Shown in pieces: positions 28,329-40,311 of a stretch of DNA of 64,000 nucleotides (the stretch's first letter is position 1; every line of letters begins with the position of its first letter). A program made the translations under genes and the position numbers. The notes beneath the pieces were generated by a model, which saw nothing but the letters and a program-made list of their open reading frames with translations, was not told where the DNA came from and searched no databases. This DNA is from Ostrea edulis. Its lineage: Eukaryota. The stretch spans positions 20,398,001 to 20,462,000 of the forward strand of contig NC_079165.1 in the NCBI RefSeq assembly GCF_947568905.1. The letters run 5' to 3'.

Positions 28329-29462
28329 ATGACAGATACGAATAAAAGGCCCGTTGCATCACGGCTGTGCATTAATCTACAGGGAGACAATGACGAGGAC
28401 GGGACTACGAGACCGTCTCCGCTGTGGATTAACCCCCGCGTGGATGGACGAATGAGAGAGTCGGTGGACTTCTCATCGTGGCTCAAACCAAACTGGCTCG
28501 AGGAGCAGGGACAATTTTCGTACACCCGTTCGCCTAGTCCTGGGGCAGATTCCTCATCGGATGACGATAGCAACTCGGAAAAAAGCTGTCAACAATCGGG
28601 TGGTAGAAAGAAAGGAATAAGCTTTGCGACTGTCGTTAACATTAAAAAGGCGGCAAACCTCTTTAGAAGCAGCAGGACACAGGCACAGAAAAGACAATCA
28701 GTTGCTAACATTGCTGATTTCCCCCGAAGTAAGACGACAATTGGAATCGAGGCTTCGCGACATAGCATTTCTAGAAACAAGAGTGTTCGCTGGATGGACG
28801 GCAATTCGCGGAAAGACAGTGTGGAGGCTTATCACGATACAACAATGATATCTAGAAGTAAATCATTTTCTCATAATGAGCCAATCAGTGGTCTCTTCGA
28901 TATTTCCAAAGCGGCGGGAAAGAGGAAGCCAATCTTGCTAAACACTAAATCAACCTTACCCTCGCCAGCACCATATAGCCTTTATTTATATGCGCAAACA
29001 CCGCAGCCTCCTAAACCAGAAAAAGAATTCAAGATTCCAAAGAAAAAACGGAAGAGGCTATGCAAAATATTACCGACAGAAGATGAAGAACCGCATAAGC
29101 CAAAGATAGGCGACAGGAAGGTTTCAGAAGATGAGCTAGAGGCAATAGTGTCGAGGCTTATTCGACCAACAAATGCAAGTCGAGCAAGATCGGCTTCGAT
29201 AAGCCGAATATTCTTTCAGCATCCCGAGAAGAAGCCACAGCCACGCGATCGAGTGGATTACTTGGTTTTCGAGCCAAATCGTTTCCGAGGATTGAGGAAA
29301 GTCGGAAATAATGAAATTGAAGAGATCACAGAGAGACTGAACATGTACGATATTGAGCGGTGGCCCCCCAATTCCGCGCGGGATGAAATTCGGAAAACTG
29401 TGAAGGAGGACAAACTTGGTGTTTTAAATAGCTATCGCTGGAAAGGAATTAAGAACTGTTGA
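28329..29462 (+). CDS. Uncharacterised single-exon 377-aa basic, Ser-rich protein
   Basis: A 1134-nt ORF, GC-richer than its flanks, preceded by ttcttcag. It contains EAIVSRLIRPTNASRAR and EEITERL motifs and basic clusters (KKKRKR). Confidence 0.8.
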   Translation: MTDTNKRPVASRLCINLQGDNDEDGTTRPSPLWINPRVDGRMRESVDFSSWLKPNWLEEQGQFSYTRSPSPGADSSSDDDSNSEKSCQQSGGRKKGISFATVVNIKKAANLFRSSRTQAQKRQSVANIADFPRSKTTIGIEASRHSISRNKSVRWMDGNSRKDSVEAYHDTTMISRSKSFSHNEPISGLFDISKAAGKRKPILLNTKSTLPSPAPYSLYLYAQTPQPPKPEKEFKIPKKKRKRLCKILPTEDEEPHKPKIGDRKVSEDELEAIVSRLIRPTNASRARSASISRIFFQHPEKKPQPRDRVDYLVFEPNRFRGLRKVGNNEIEEITERLNMYDIERWPPNSARDEIRKTVKEDKLGVLNSYRWKGIKNC

Positions 29463-31260
29463 TCAGATCAAAGAAAGAGAAAATGTGTGTATAAATAATT
29501 TCATAAGGAATTTAAAAGTACCATTAACAAAAAGGTGATAATGAATATTAGCTGTATTCATAAGTGAGATTTCAAATAAGAAATGACGATGAAATTCTCA
29601 AGTAAGAAAATTATTTTCATCAAAATTATTTGGATCATAGCTTGCCTAAATGTGTCTGTTTTTAAAATTCCTGTCTGGAATCCCACTGAATGCAAAGTTT
29701 TAAGTGGTAGAAGTGGTGCAGCGCTCTAGACGTGTTGTTCTTTATTGATCACTCGTTTCATGTTTGTACAATGTTTCAGTGTAAAAAAAAAAAACCCCAA
29801 CATTTTCATCTAATATGATTACTAACTATAAAGTTCTACAATCAAAATGCTTAGTTTTTGCTTGGTTATTTATTACAGTTTCAAATCCAAGAAATGCGTT
29901 GAATCGTAGAAAGTTTTGCTTGATAATTTTTGTACAACAGTCTGGCACCTTCACGCCTTTCATTCGCGTTATTACGTGTTTTATTTGCGTTATTACGTGT
30001 TTTATTTGCGTTATTACGCCTTTAATTTGCTTCGTCTTATTATGCCTTTATTTTGCACTATAACGATTCGCATTATTACGCATTTAGAAATATTTTTTGT
30101 TGTTTATGTGATCCTAATCGGCTTTCGTAAAGATCTGATATGTAATTTACCCATGCAAATTTTCAAAATGGGGTCGAGAATGACCAATTTCTTTAATCTG
30201 TTTACTCTTATCCATTCTTTTGGAGTTCATGGGGGAATGCACATGACTTCTTATGAAAATAGATATTTTTAACTAGGAGGGAAAACTCCGTTCATCAGCA
30301 CTATTGTATGAGCTATTCTACACAAAAAACGAAATTCAGTTACATTATACACGTATACGCAATGAAAACATTCAACTGATAAGAAGTTTATTGTTGACCT
30401 CGAGGAGGATTCTGGGAAGAAACGTTGTTTCCGCGCTTCTGTCAGGAACATATTAGTAAATAAATCATATCAACTGAATAATGAGACATACCACAGTCTA
30501 CGTCATAAATCGAGGATAGTTCAAGATTTTCGAACTTTTCGTCATTTATCAAAAATATCCCAGGTCATTTGAATGACCTGTAAAATGTTGCATTGACCAA
30601 TTTGGAGTAGGTCACTTCCGTATAGTTTTCCTATCAATTGATTATTATGGGAAAAGTGGATTAAAATAGGAATAAAATCAAGAAATGAAACATCACATTA
30701 TTTGCAAGAGTATAAAAATTCAAGAGATGAAACTCTAGAGTTGAACAATTCAAGGGATAAAACATTAACTCACATGATTTGCAGGAGTCGACTAATTCAA
30801 GAGTTCATATATTTTAGATTTTCAAAAGATAAACAATTAATGCAAAAGTTGATACAATCCGTAATTTACAATTAAGAGATGACCAATTCAAGAGTCGACA
30901 TTTTTTTCTTTTTCATTTTTGGTGTGCAAGGGTGCAATACTTTAAAGAGATGATGTATTTAATTCTTGAAATATTTTGATCAGTATACTATTTGTTTTAA
31001 TTATATGTAGTTTTTTTTTTTTAATTATGCGAGAAAACAATCGAAGTTAAAAAATCCCACCAAAGAGCCCTGGTGAGCAAATTCAATTTCAAAAGCAACT
31101 TATTTTCAGAATCTTTGTTCGAAAACGAATATGGAGATATCAAAATAATGCCCTCAGAACACATGGTGTGAAAAGAAAACTTACTTGTACTGAAATAATC
31201 AGACCAATGGACAACAAATATTCAAGAGAATAAGGAAAAAATGCGATTTCAATAGAAAAA

Positions 31261-31990
31261 ATGAAGATCACGAACAGTGATCAATGTCATAAATCCCACA
31301 AAAATTGCAAAATTAAGGGAAACAGGGACCGCTGGATACACCAGAGGTGGAATCCGATGTCTAGGAGGAGTAAGCATCCCCTGTCAAGTGGCCACACCCG
31401 CCGTGAGCCCTATATCTTGACCAGAGGTGGAATCTGGTGTCTAGGAGGAGTAAGCATCCCCTGTCAAGCGGTCACACCCACCGTGAGCCCTATATCTTGA
31501 CCAGAGGTGGAATCCGATGTCTAGGAGGAGTAAGCATCCCCTGTCGACCGGTAACACCCGCCGTGAGCCCTATATCTTGACCAGAGGTGGAATCCGATGT
31601 CTAGGAGGAGTAAGCATCCCCTGTCGAGCGGTCACACCCACCGTGAGCCCTATATCTTGACCAGAGGTGGAATCCAATGTCTAGGAGGAGTAAGCATCCT
31701 AAGTTGACCGGTAACACCCGCTGTGAGTCTTATATCTTGTTCAGGTAAACGGAGTGATCTGTAGTCAAATTCAGTATGTAAAGAACGGTCTAACAAACTA
31801 GTATGAAACACGTCAGATAGCATTCGACCAAATGACAGGTTGCATTTGCAAATTAGGTCATTATAATGACTATGGAACTTGAGAAATGCTGTCTTTAAAC
31901 AACACTATTGAAATCCCAGTAACAACTTATTTGTAGACAGTCTGTCTCGATTTTTTTTTTAAATCATCATACGCAGAACATGCTCTCCCA
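31261..31990 (-). mobile_element. Penelope-like 3' fragment containing an internal 80-bp tandem array
   Basis: Reverse complement of the RT C-terminus and 3' UTR at 22790-23176. Its terminus is atgaagatcacgaacagtgatcaat. Confidence 0.75.
31341..31740. repeat. 80-bp tandem repeat x5 derived from the Penelope-like 3' UTR
   Basis: ccagaggtgg starts at 31341, 31421, 31501, 31581 and 31661. Confidence 0.95.
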
Positions 31991-32432
31991 TATCAAATCA
32001 GTTGATAGACATAAACACCATATGCAGTCGATAATGGAATATTGCTACAGTAATATGGGAAGTTGGCAGTAGAAAAGCTGATGCCATCCCATAGAGAAAT
32101 GGGTAACTGCTAACATTTACCTGGTATCAAATACTTTTTTCTGAAGGAAGCAGAGGCAGAAAATATTTGGCCAGTTTATTTGTTTGTAATGCTCAGAAAG
32201 AAGTTAATCAAAATTCATTAGGAGACTCGATCCAAGGGACTTCTTGTGAAGCGCTGCCGGTGGGCGGGAAGCGTCACAATTTATACCCACATGTATTTTC
32301 AAAATTTTAGATATAGCTCTAAAGATTTTTTCCATGGGGAAAATACACGTAGCCCTGAAATCAGTTTGAACATTGTTTCTGTGTCTGTATAACATATTGT
32401 ACTTTATATCCTGCTGACCATGCCACAACTAT

Positions 32433-33032
32433 TATCGTCGACTGACCAGTTTCGGTGACCTTAGTGATAAACCGCGATTTTCTCATTAATCACTTGAATT
32501 GAATAAATAAATTACACACCTACCTTTAAAGTAATTAAATTCCCTTACTTTCATCCAAAAATTCCAAATTCATTGGTACGTTAATTGAATATATTTCCGT
32601 AACAAAAAATATGTCACTTTGTGGTCCTAAAACGGTGACGTCACCTATTTCGGTGACCATTGTTAATATAGGTTTACCAAAAGTCTGTAAGTGTTAAAAC
32701 ATATATACAGGAAAAATGTGCAACTAAACGTCAATGAATAAAATAACATAGTGTAGAATTCTAGACTTTTGGTATACTTTATATTGATTTGAAAGTTTGC
32801 TTGAAAAAGTAATAAGTAAATGGGCTTACTTTTGGGGTGCTCGTGTTGATTTTTTGCATACGCTCCTTCTAGTAGTTCATTTTGGGTTAAAAACTGAAGA
32901 CGTACTCTATATATGGTTGCAAACACTACGGTGAAATTGATGACGCAATCTACACCCGGAAACGACAACGCGCAAATGTAAACAAATGGTCACCGATTCT
33001 GGTCAGTCACCGAAATAGGGCAGTCGACGATA
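32433..33032. mobile_element. About 600-bp MITE-like element with ~27-bp imperfect TIRs (copy 2)
   Basis: tatcgtcgactgaccagtttcggtgac ... gtcaccgaaatagggcagtcgacgata; matches 4348-4927. Confidence 0.8.
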
Positions 33033-33353
33033 CATATATATTTTATCACATGCTGCCCATGACAATTTCTCATTTTGACATTCGCCTCACATATGTATAC
33101 AAACCTAATTCTTTTCTCGAACATCCACTTATCATAAATGAAATCTTGAAATCTATACATATATATATAAACACTAAAGTTCCAACAACACCCGATATCT
33201 CAAAGTGTCGGATCCACAACATGGATACAAGGTCAAATACAAAAAATTATACAAAGCACTAAAATGACCAACGACACGAACAACCAGATTGTCAAATTCA
33301 GTCGTCCTGAACATTTGACAATCTGGATGTTCGTGTCGTTGGTCATTTTAGTG

Positions 33354-33401
<48 letters not shown>

Positions 33402-35183
33402 AATGGGGTAATGGGGGTTGCAACATCCTTGCCCGTTTGGTTGGTTGTACATTTTAAACGAAAAAGTTCATTTTTGTTATTCTGACATTACTAAATTCCA
33501 AAACCGTTCTTCATTCCATTCGACTTTTACATCGATATTAGGATTATTCAAATATAATATTTATATAGGCACTTCAATGAAAAATAGTAAACTATTTACT
33601 GTAAAAATATTTACATTTAAAATATTTCATTTTAGGTACCTCAAGTAGAGAGTAAAAAAATATTTCATTATATTCTTTTTTGAATGTGCCTTTTTCGTAT
33701 TAAACTTCCACAACATTTACCATATCATCATTTTGATACGACGGAAAAGGTGTTTACGAAAGCTTGAGAACGGTTAATTTTTAAGTCTGGTTCCCATCCC
33801 GCCACTCCTTGATCACTAGTGATATATAGTTTTATTATGTACCCATCAATGATATATACCCATCTAGTGATATATAGTTGTATCTATGGTGACAGGGGAC
33901 AGTTTCTTTGGTTCTGAAACATGTGGGTAGGGGGTATACATCAAAGTCACATTATGACAGACTAATAAAAAAAATCCTATTTCCCTTTTATGTCAATACT
34001 TGTATTTCATATTGCTGTAGTTAATAAATTATGACCCTAAATTACATGTGATTTATATATACTGGTGCGGGTGCACAAAGCATGCTCTGAGCAGGTGCCC
34101 CTTTTTTGCTTTGCTTTTCTCTCATTTGGGCTAATCCGCAACCTGCCCCCCCCCCCCCCCCCAGCACAGTACCAAACGTGAGGATTTAGACACTGTGTAC
34201 AATCAAGAACCCTGTCCGCCCTTCTTAAAAATCTACCTTTCATATGGGGCCATCCACCTTCCCTCTCAGCTACAGATCTTTTGTTGGACCATGCATGTTT
34301 TCACCGGAATTTCTTCAGCAACTGACCATGTGTCTTAGTTTCGTATTTGCACCTATCTATATGCTAGGAATCATGGTGACACCTACATGTACATGTTGTA
34401 TATCAACATTTTTATTAAGCACTCGGCTTCATTTGACATGTATCCTAAAATTATTCTACACATTTTTCCACATGTAATATCACTTCAAATATGGGGTATT
34501 TCCATTTTTTCAAAAAGTTGACCGGGCCTATAGTGCGAAACTGTCCCCTGCTTCATATTAAGAGTAATTGCAGAATGTGAATGATAATTCCAAACTGATG
34601 AATATTGAAATGTTTGTACATTACTACAAGTGTAAGGAATATTGTTATCCGCCAGACCCGATTGAAATAGAAACAAAATTGCGAGCCATTTCTAAAGAAA
34701 ACATATCGTTAAATACAACACATTTGCAATCTTGGAATTTTAGACCACCTTCAGAAAATTCATGATAGAAACTTTTAACGCTATAATATCATATCTATAA
34801 TACACCATACCGATGCAGTATTGATACTTTGTTAAATATAGCAATTCGCTATTACCGGTAGTAAATTTCTTGTTGTTCAAGTGCTCGGTTTGGAGATTTG
34901 CAAATGTTTGCATTAAAACACATTTTTTAAAGAAATATTTCATAACCAGCATTATTATTGAAACCCATTTTTTAAAGAAATATTAATAGAAATAATATAG
35001 CTACGCAACTAGTCGATTCCATGAATCCGTTTAATTTTGATGAAATATATAAAAGTTCTATAGTGTTGAAATTGTCAGTCTTTGTATACGTATAGGATCG
35101 TCAGTCTATTTCGAACAGGGAGATTCTCAGTCTACCTTAAAGAGCAAGTCTCCAACTCAATTGCAAGTCTATCGCACCGATAG

Positions 35184-35192
35184 TATATAAAG
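35184..35192 (+). promoter_or_regulatory. TATA box of the vWA gene, copy 1 (copy 2 at 40218-40226)
   Basis: TATATAAAG lies 94 nt upstream of an ATG in good Kozak context (aacATGG). AATAAA is at 37149-37154, after the stop. Confidence 0.5.
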
Positions 35193-35277
35193 ATCATTTC
35201 AAACCGAGAAACAGCAATACAAGCAGAGACGCACGAAGTAACTCTGAAACAACTCAATACAGACCACAATATTTAAC

Positions 35278-37009
35278 ATGGCATCCCCACCAGGCGGTCC
35301 GATCGAGATTTGTTTCTCGTTTGATACGACTGGATCTATGTCCAGTTCCATCAATGCTGTTAAACAGAATGTCCAAGAAATGATTCAAAGACTTCAAACG
35401 GATATACCCGGTATCAGAATCGCTGTGTTCGCTCACGGAGACTACTGTGACCGGAATTCTTCTTATGTCACCAAGTACATAGACTTTTCTACAGACTTGA
35501 AGGAACTGTGTCAGTGGGTGAAAAACGTGGGCTCCACTGGGGGTGGCGACTCGGATGAGTGCTATGAACTGGTTTTGCACGAGGTTCAAAATCTGACTTG
35601 GACGCCCGGAACTCAAAGGGCACTTGTGATGATAGGTGATGCCCACCCACATGATGTGAATTACCCAGACAATAAATTGAAGTTGGACTGGAAGCAGGAA
35701 GTCGAGAAGTTGGCAGTGATGGTGAGTAAATTACATGTTACATGATGACTAAAAATCGTCCTACCTTCCAATATTTAATTGTTGAACTCCACGACAATGT
35801 TACTTTATCTCTTTGCAAATATCATAGATTATATCAATTGTAAAATTGTAGGGTATCCGAGTGTATGGAGTGCAATGTAGAGCTTCGGGTGACAAAAGGA
35901 CCCATGACTTCTACCAAACACTAGCCGACAAGACAGCAGGCAGACGAGTAGAACTAGACCAGTTCTCCAACCTGTTTGACTTCATAATGGCCATCTGCTA
36001 CAGAGAACAAGGAGCAGAATTTCTGGACATCTATGAACAAGAAGTACGACAAAGAAACGCTAGAATGGGTCTTCATAAAGACTTGAATGCGATGTTTGGC
36101 GCACTCAAAGACGGAGAACCTTGTACGTCTTCATCCACTAAAGTGGCAGATTCGCCAAAGTCCAAAACACTTCCCTACAAGCCGGTCCTGAAAAAGGTGT
36201 CATCCTTGACAAAAGTTCCTTCCATTGTAAATCTGAAGAAAAAGACTTCAATCATTCATGGGGTCAAGAAAACAATCGCCAAAAGGTCTCCTCGCTCTGC
36301 TGTGGATAGAAAGAAAGCGAAATCTCTGGCCATTTCGTGTCAGAAGGTATTAAAGTTTAAGTAATGTTTTCTAGATATCAAGAAGAATAACGTTATGAAG
36401 TTGGAAGTAATATTAACAATTGACATCTAATGATAATCCTATTTCACAATACTGTAATTTAGATTCCAATATATCAAAATGTTGCAATTCTATATGACTG
36501 GAATATTTCTTTTGCAGATTGATACGCTAAGAAAATTGAAGAGGGAAAATGTCCCAGAGACGAATTTCTCTATGAGCAGGATACAATGGTCACCATGGGA
36601 ACTCGCCATTGCTCCCAGTAGACCGGAAGATGACGCTGAATGGGTAGAAAGACACAGAGGAAGAAGGGATTTCCGAAAATCTACCATATGTGGAGGAAAG
36701 ACATTCCCCGCAGCTGTGTACGAGTTCTCGGTGAGGAAAACTGGTGATTCCAAACGTTTTGTTGCGTACTGTAAAATGTCTTCGGGATTTACCAAAACAC
36801 GGTGTTGGGAATCCCGTCTTTTATCCAATTCGGACGTTCGATCTCAAGTGAACAAAATGGTATCCTTAGGATATCATGTGTTTGTGCGCAGATGTTTGGT
36901 AACAGACTGTAACAAGAACACGATAAAGAAGTCTCTTTTACGATATGACTATGCATGGAGACGTGTAAGAAATGTTAGAGAGTCTCACAGGGATATGGAG
37001 ATGGTTTAA
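35278..37009 (+). CDS. vWA-domain protein with a basic linker and a C-terminal GIY-YIG-like (ET-type) domain, 476 aa, copy 1; exons 35278-35721, 35852-36346, 36518-37009
   Basis: Three exons joined by two phase-0 GT-AG introns (atg|gtgagt...tgtag|ggt; aag|gtatta...tgcag|att). MIDAS-type residues: FDTTGSM, STGGGD..ECYE, IGDAHPH. The C-terminal domain has WSPW, AVYEFSV and YDYAW. Confidence 0.9.
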
Positions 37010-37669
37010 CAGTGGCGTCTACCGTGAAGACATAAACAGCAGCTATGATAATTATGTTTTGTATGCTCACCTCTGTCTGTGAATCATTTGGATGACCTCA
37101 TATTGTTATTTCATTACCTCATATTGTTACAATATATTTTGATTCTGTAATAAATTTCAAAATACATACGTGGTGAATGTAGTTTTTTTGGCATGCAGGC
37201 TTGTACTTGACAAACTAAGGGGTATATGGTATATTCATATGTGTGTGGAGGATGTCTCTGTAGCTGCCAGGCTAGACAAATCTCGTATTTCGCTTGAAGA
37301 CGACCCTGTGCACCGAGCAAAGAAATAAATTTTCCAAATTCCTTCATTCAACTATCCTCTCGCTTGCCTTATGATTCTCCTTCTTTCACCCTCACAGTTC
37401 ATGTTCCCTCGTGGCTCCAGCGACTTTAATCTGTTCATAGGATATGCTTTAAATTGAAATAAATAATGCACCGGCGGTAGAAAATGTACTCGTTAGTAAG
37501 CCACCGACTCGTGATGTGAATTCCAAGATGATGCGATATGCTAAACTTAACATATAACACTGGTAGACCTTCTAGCCTACTAGTATTTATATAAATGAAA
37601 ACAACTTCAAATGGAAATGTCCAACAATTATTGATTTGAGTAGGCAATATCTCGTATTCATTTTGAATC

Positions 37670-38000
37670 GGTGAGATCCCCTATTTGCATTTCGCAAATT
37701 CTATGGTTGTTAAATTGATCTAATTTGCAAATATAGCCTGTCGTTAGGTCCAATGCTGTCTGACGTGTTTCATACCAATTGTTAGTCCGTTCCGTACACA
37801 CTGACTGCGACTACGGATTACTACGTTTACCTAATCGAAATATGGGGCTCGTGCGAGAGTGACCGATCAACAGGGAATATTGACTGCTTTTAAACTCATG
37901 ATTTCACCTCTGGTATGTCCAGGGGTCCAGTTTATTGCCCCAATCGTAATATTGTATTCTTTATAGCATTTATGAATTTGACCACCGTTCGTTTTTTCCC
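37670..38000 (+). mobile_element. Penelope-like 3' fragment inside the duplicated unit (second copy at about 42705-43035)
   Basis: gcatttcgcaaattctatggt...gctgtctgacgtgtttcatacc...cctctggtatgtccaggggtcc matches the 22850-23170 family. Confidence 0.7.
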
Positions 38001-38384
38001 CATTTTCATCGCCAAGTTGAATCGTTTTCATGAACGAAATCATGAGCAACAACTCTGAGAACAACATATCGTTATGAAATATAGTTCGAATAAATGACAT
38101 TACCTATTCGAAATCATTCCTATTGAATTGGTGATATCACCTATTTGAATGGTGATATCACTCATTCAAGTAAGTGATCATACCTGCTATTTAAATTCAT
38201 TCATTACCAAATCAATGTAAATAGCTTGTATTGCGAACTAGGATCTGTGATATTTTATTTCTAGTCACGGAGATATCAAATTGAATTGGTATTATCACCT
38301 AAAAGAATGAATGATATAACATATTCGGAAAAAGTTATAACACTATTCAAAAAGTGATATCTGTTTAAACTGAAAAGCTGATGC

Positions 38385-38429
<45 letters not shown>

Positions 38430-40311
38430 AATGGGGTAATGGGGGTTGCAACATCCTTGCCCGTTTGGTTGGTTGTACATTTTAAACGAAAAAGTTCATT
38501 TTTGTTATTCTGATATCACTAAATTCCAAAACCGTTCTTTATTCCATTGGACTTTTACATCGATATTAGGATTATTCAAATATAATATTTATATAGGCAC
38601 TTCAATGAAAAATAGTAAACTATTTACTGTAAAAATATTTACATTTAAAATATTTCATTTTAGGTACCTCAAGTAGAGAGTAAAAAAATATTTCATTATA
38701 TTCTTTTTTGAATGTGCCTTTTTCGTATTAAACTTCCACAACATTTACCATATCATCATTTTGATACGACGGAAAAGGTGTTTACGAAAGCTTGAGAACG
38801 GTTAATTTTTAAGTCTGGTTCCCACCCCGCCACTCCTTGATCACTAGTGATATATAGTTTTATTATGTACCCATCATTGATATATACCCATCTAGTGATA
38901 TATAGTTGTATCTATGGTGACAGGGGACAGTTTCTTTGGTTCTGAAACATGTGGGTAGGGGTAGGGGGTATACATCAAAGTCACATTATGACAGACTAAT
39001 AAAAAAAATCCTATTTCCCTTTTATGTCAATACTTGTATTTCATATTGCTGTAGTTAATAAATTATGACCCTAAATTACATGTGATTTATATATACTGGT
39101 GCGGGTGCACAAAGCATGCTCTGAGCAGGTGCCCCTTTTTTGCTTTGCTTTTCTCTCATTTGGGCTAATCCGCAACCTGCCCCCCCCCCCCCCCCCAGCA
39201 CAGTACCAAACGTGAGGATTTAGACACTGTGTACAATCAAGAACCCTGTCCGCCCTTCTTAAAAATCTACCTTTCATATGGGGCCATCCACCTTCCCTCT
39301 CAGCTACAGATCTTTTGTTGGACCATGCATGTTTTCACCGGAATTTCTTCAGCAACTGACCATGTGTCTTAGTTTCGTATTTGCACCTATCTATATGCTA
39401 GGAATCATGGTGACACCTACATGTACATGTTGTATATCAACATTTTTATTAAGCACTCGGCTTCATTTGACATGTATCCTAAAATTATTCTACACATTTT
39501 TCCACATGTAATATCACTTCAAATATGGGGTATTTCCATTTTTTCAAAAAGTTGACCGGGCCTATAGTGCGAAACTGTCCCCTGCTTCATATTAAGAGTA
39601 ATTGCAGAATGTGAATGATAATTCCAAACTGATGAATATTGAAATGTTTGTACATTACTACAAGTGTAAGGAATATTGTTATCCGCCAGACCCGATTGAA
39701 ATAGAAACAAAATTGCGAGCCATTTCTAAAGAAAACATATCGTTAAATACAACACATTTGCAATCTTGGAATTTTAGACCACCTTCAGAAAATTCATGAT
39801 AGAAACTTTTAACGCTATAATATCATATCTATAATACACCATACCGATGCAGTATTGATACTTTGTTAAATATAGCAATTCGCTATTACCGGTAGTAAAT
39901 TTCTTGTTGTTCAAGTGCTCGGTTTGGAGATTTGCAAATGTTTGCATTAAAACACATTTTTTAAAGAAATATTTCATAACCAGCATTATTATTGAAACCC
40001 ATTTTTTAAAGAAATATTAATAGAAATAATATAGCTACGCAACTAGTCGATTCCATGAATCCGTTTAATTTTGATGAAATATATAAAAGTTCTATAGTGT
40101 TGAAATTGTCAGTCTTTGTATACGTATAGGATCGTCAGTCTATTTCGAACAGGGAGATTCTCAGTCTACCTTAAAGAGCAAGTCTCCAACTCAATTGCAA
40201 GTCTATCGCACCGATAGTATATAAAGATCATTTCAAACCGAGAAACAGCAATACAAGCAGAGACGCACGAAGTAACTCTGAAACAACTCAATACAGACCA
40301 CAATATTTAAC

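Noticed and set aside
31341-31740. CRISPR-like regular arrays (also the 48-, 54- and 43-bp arrays)
   Set aside because: No unique spacers and no cas genes, in a eukaryotic context.
35254-35652. 132-aa minus-strand ORF (and its copy at 40288-40686)
   Set aside because: Antisense shadow of vWA exon 1.
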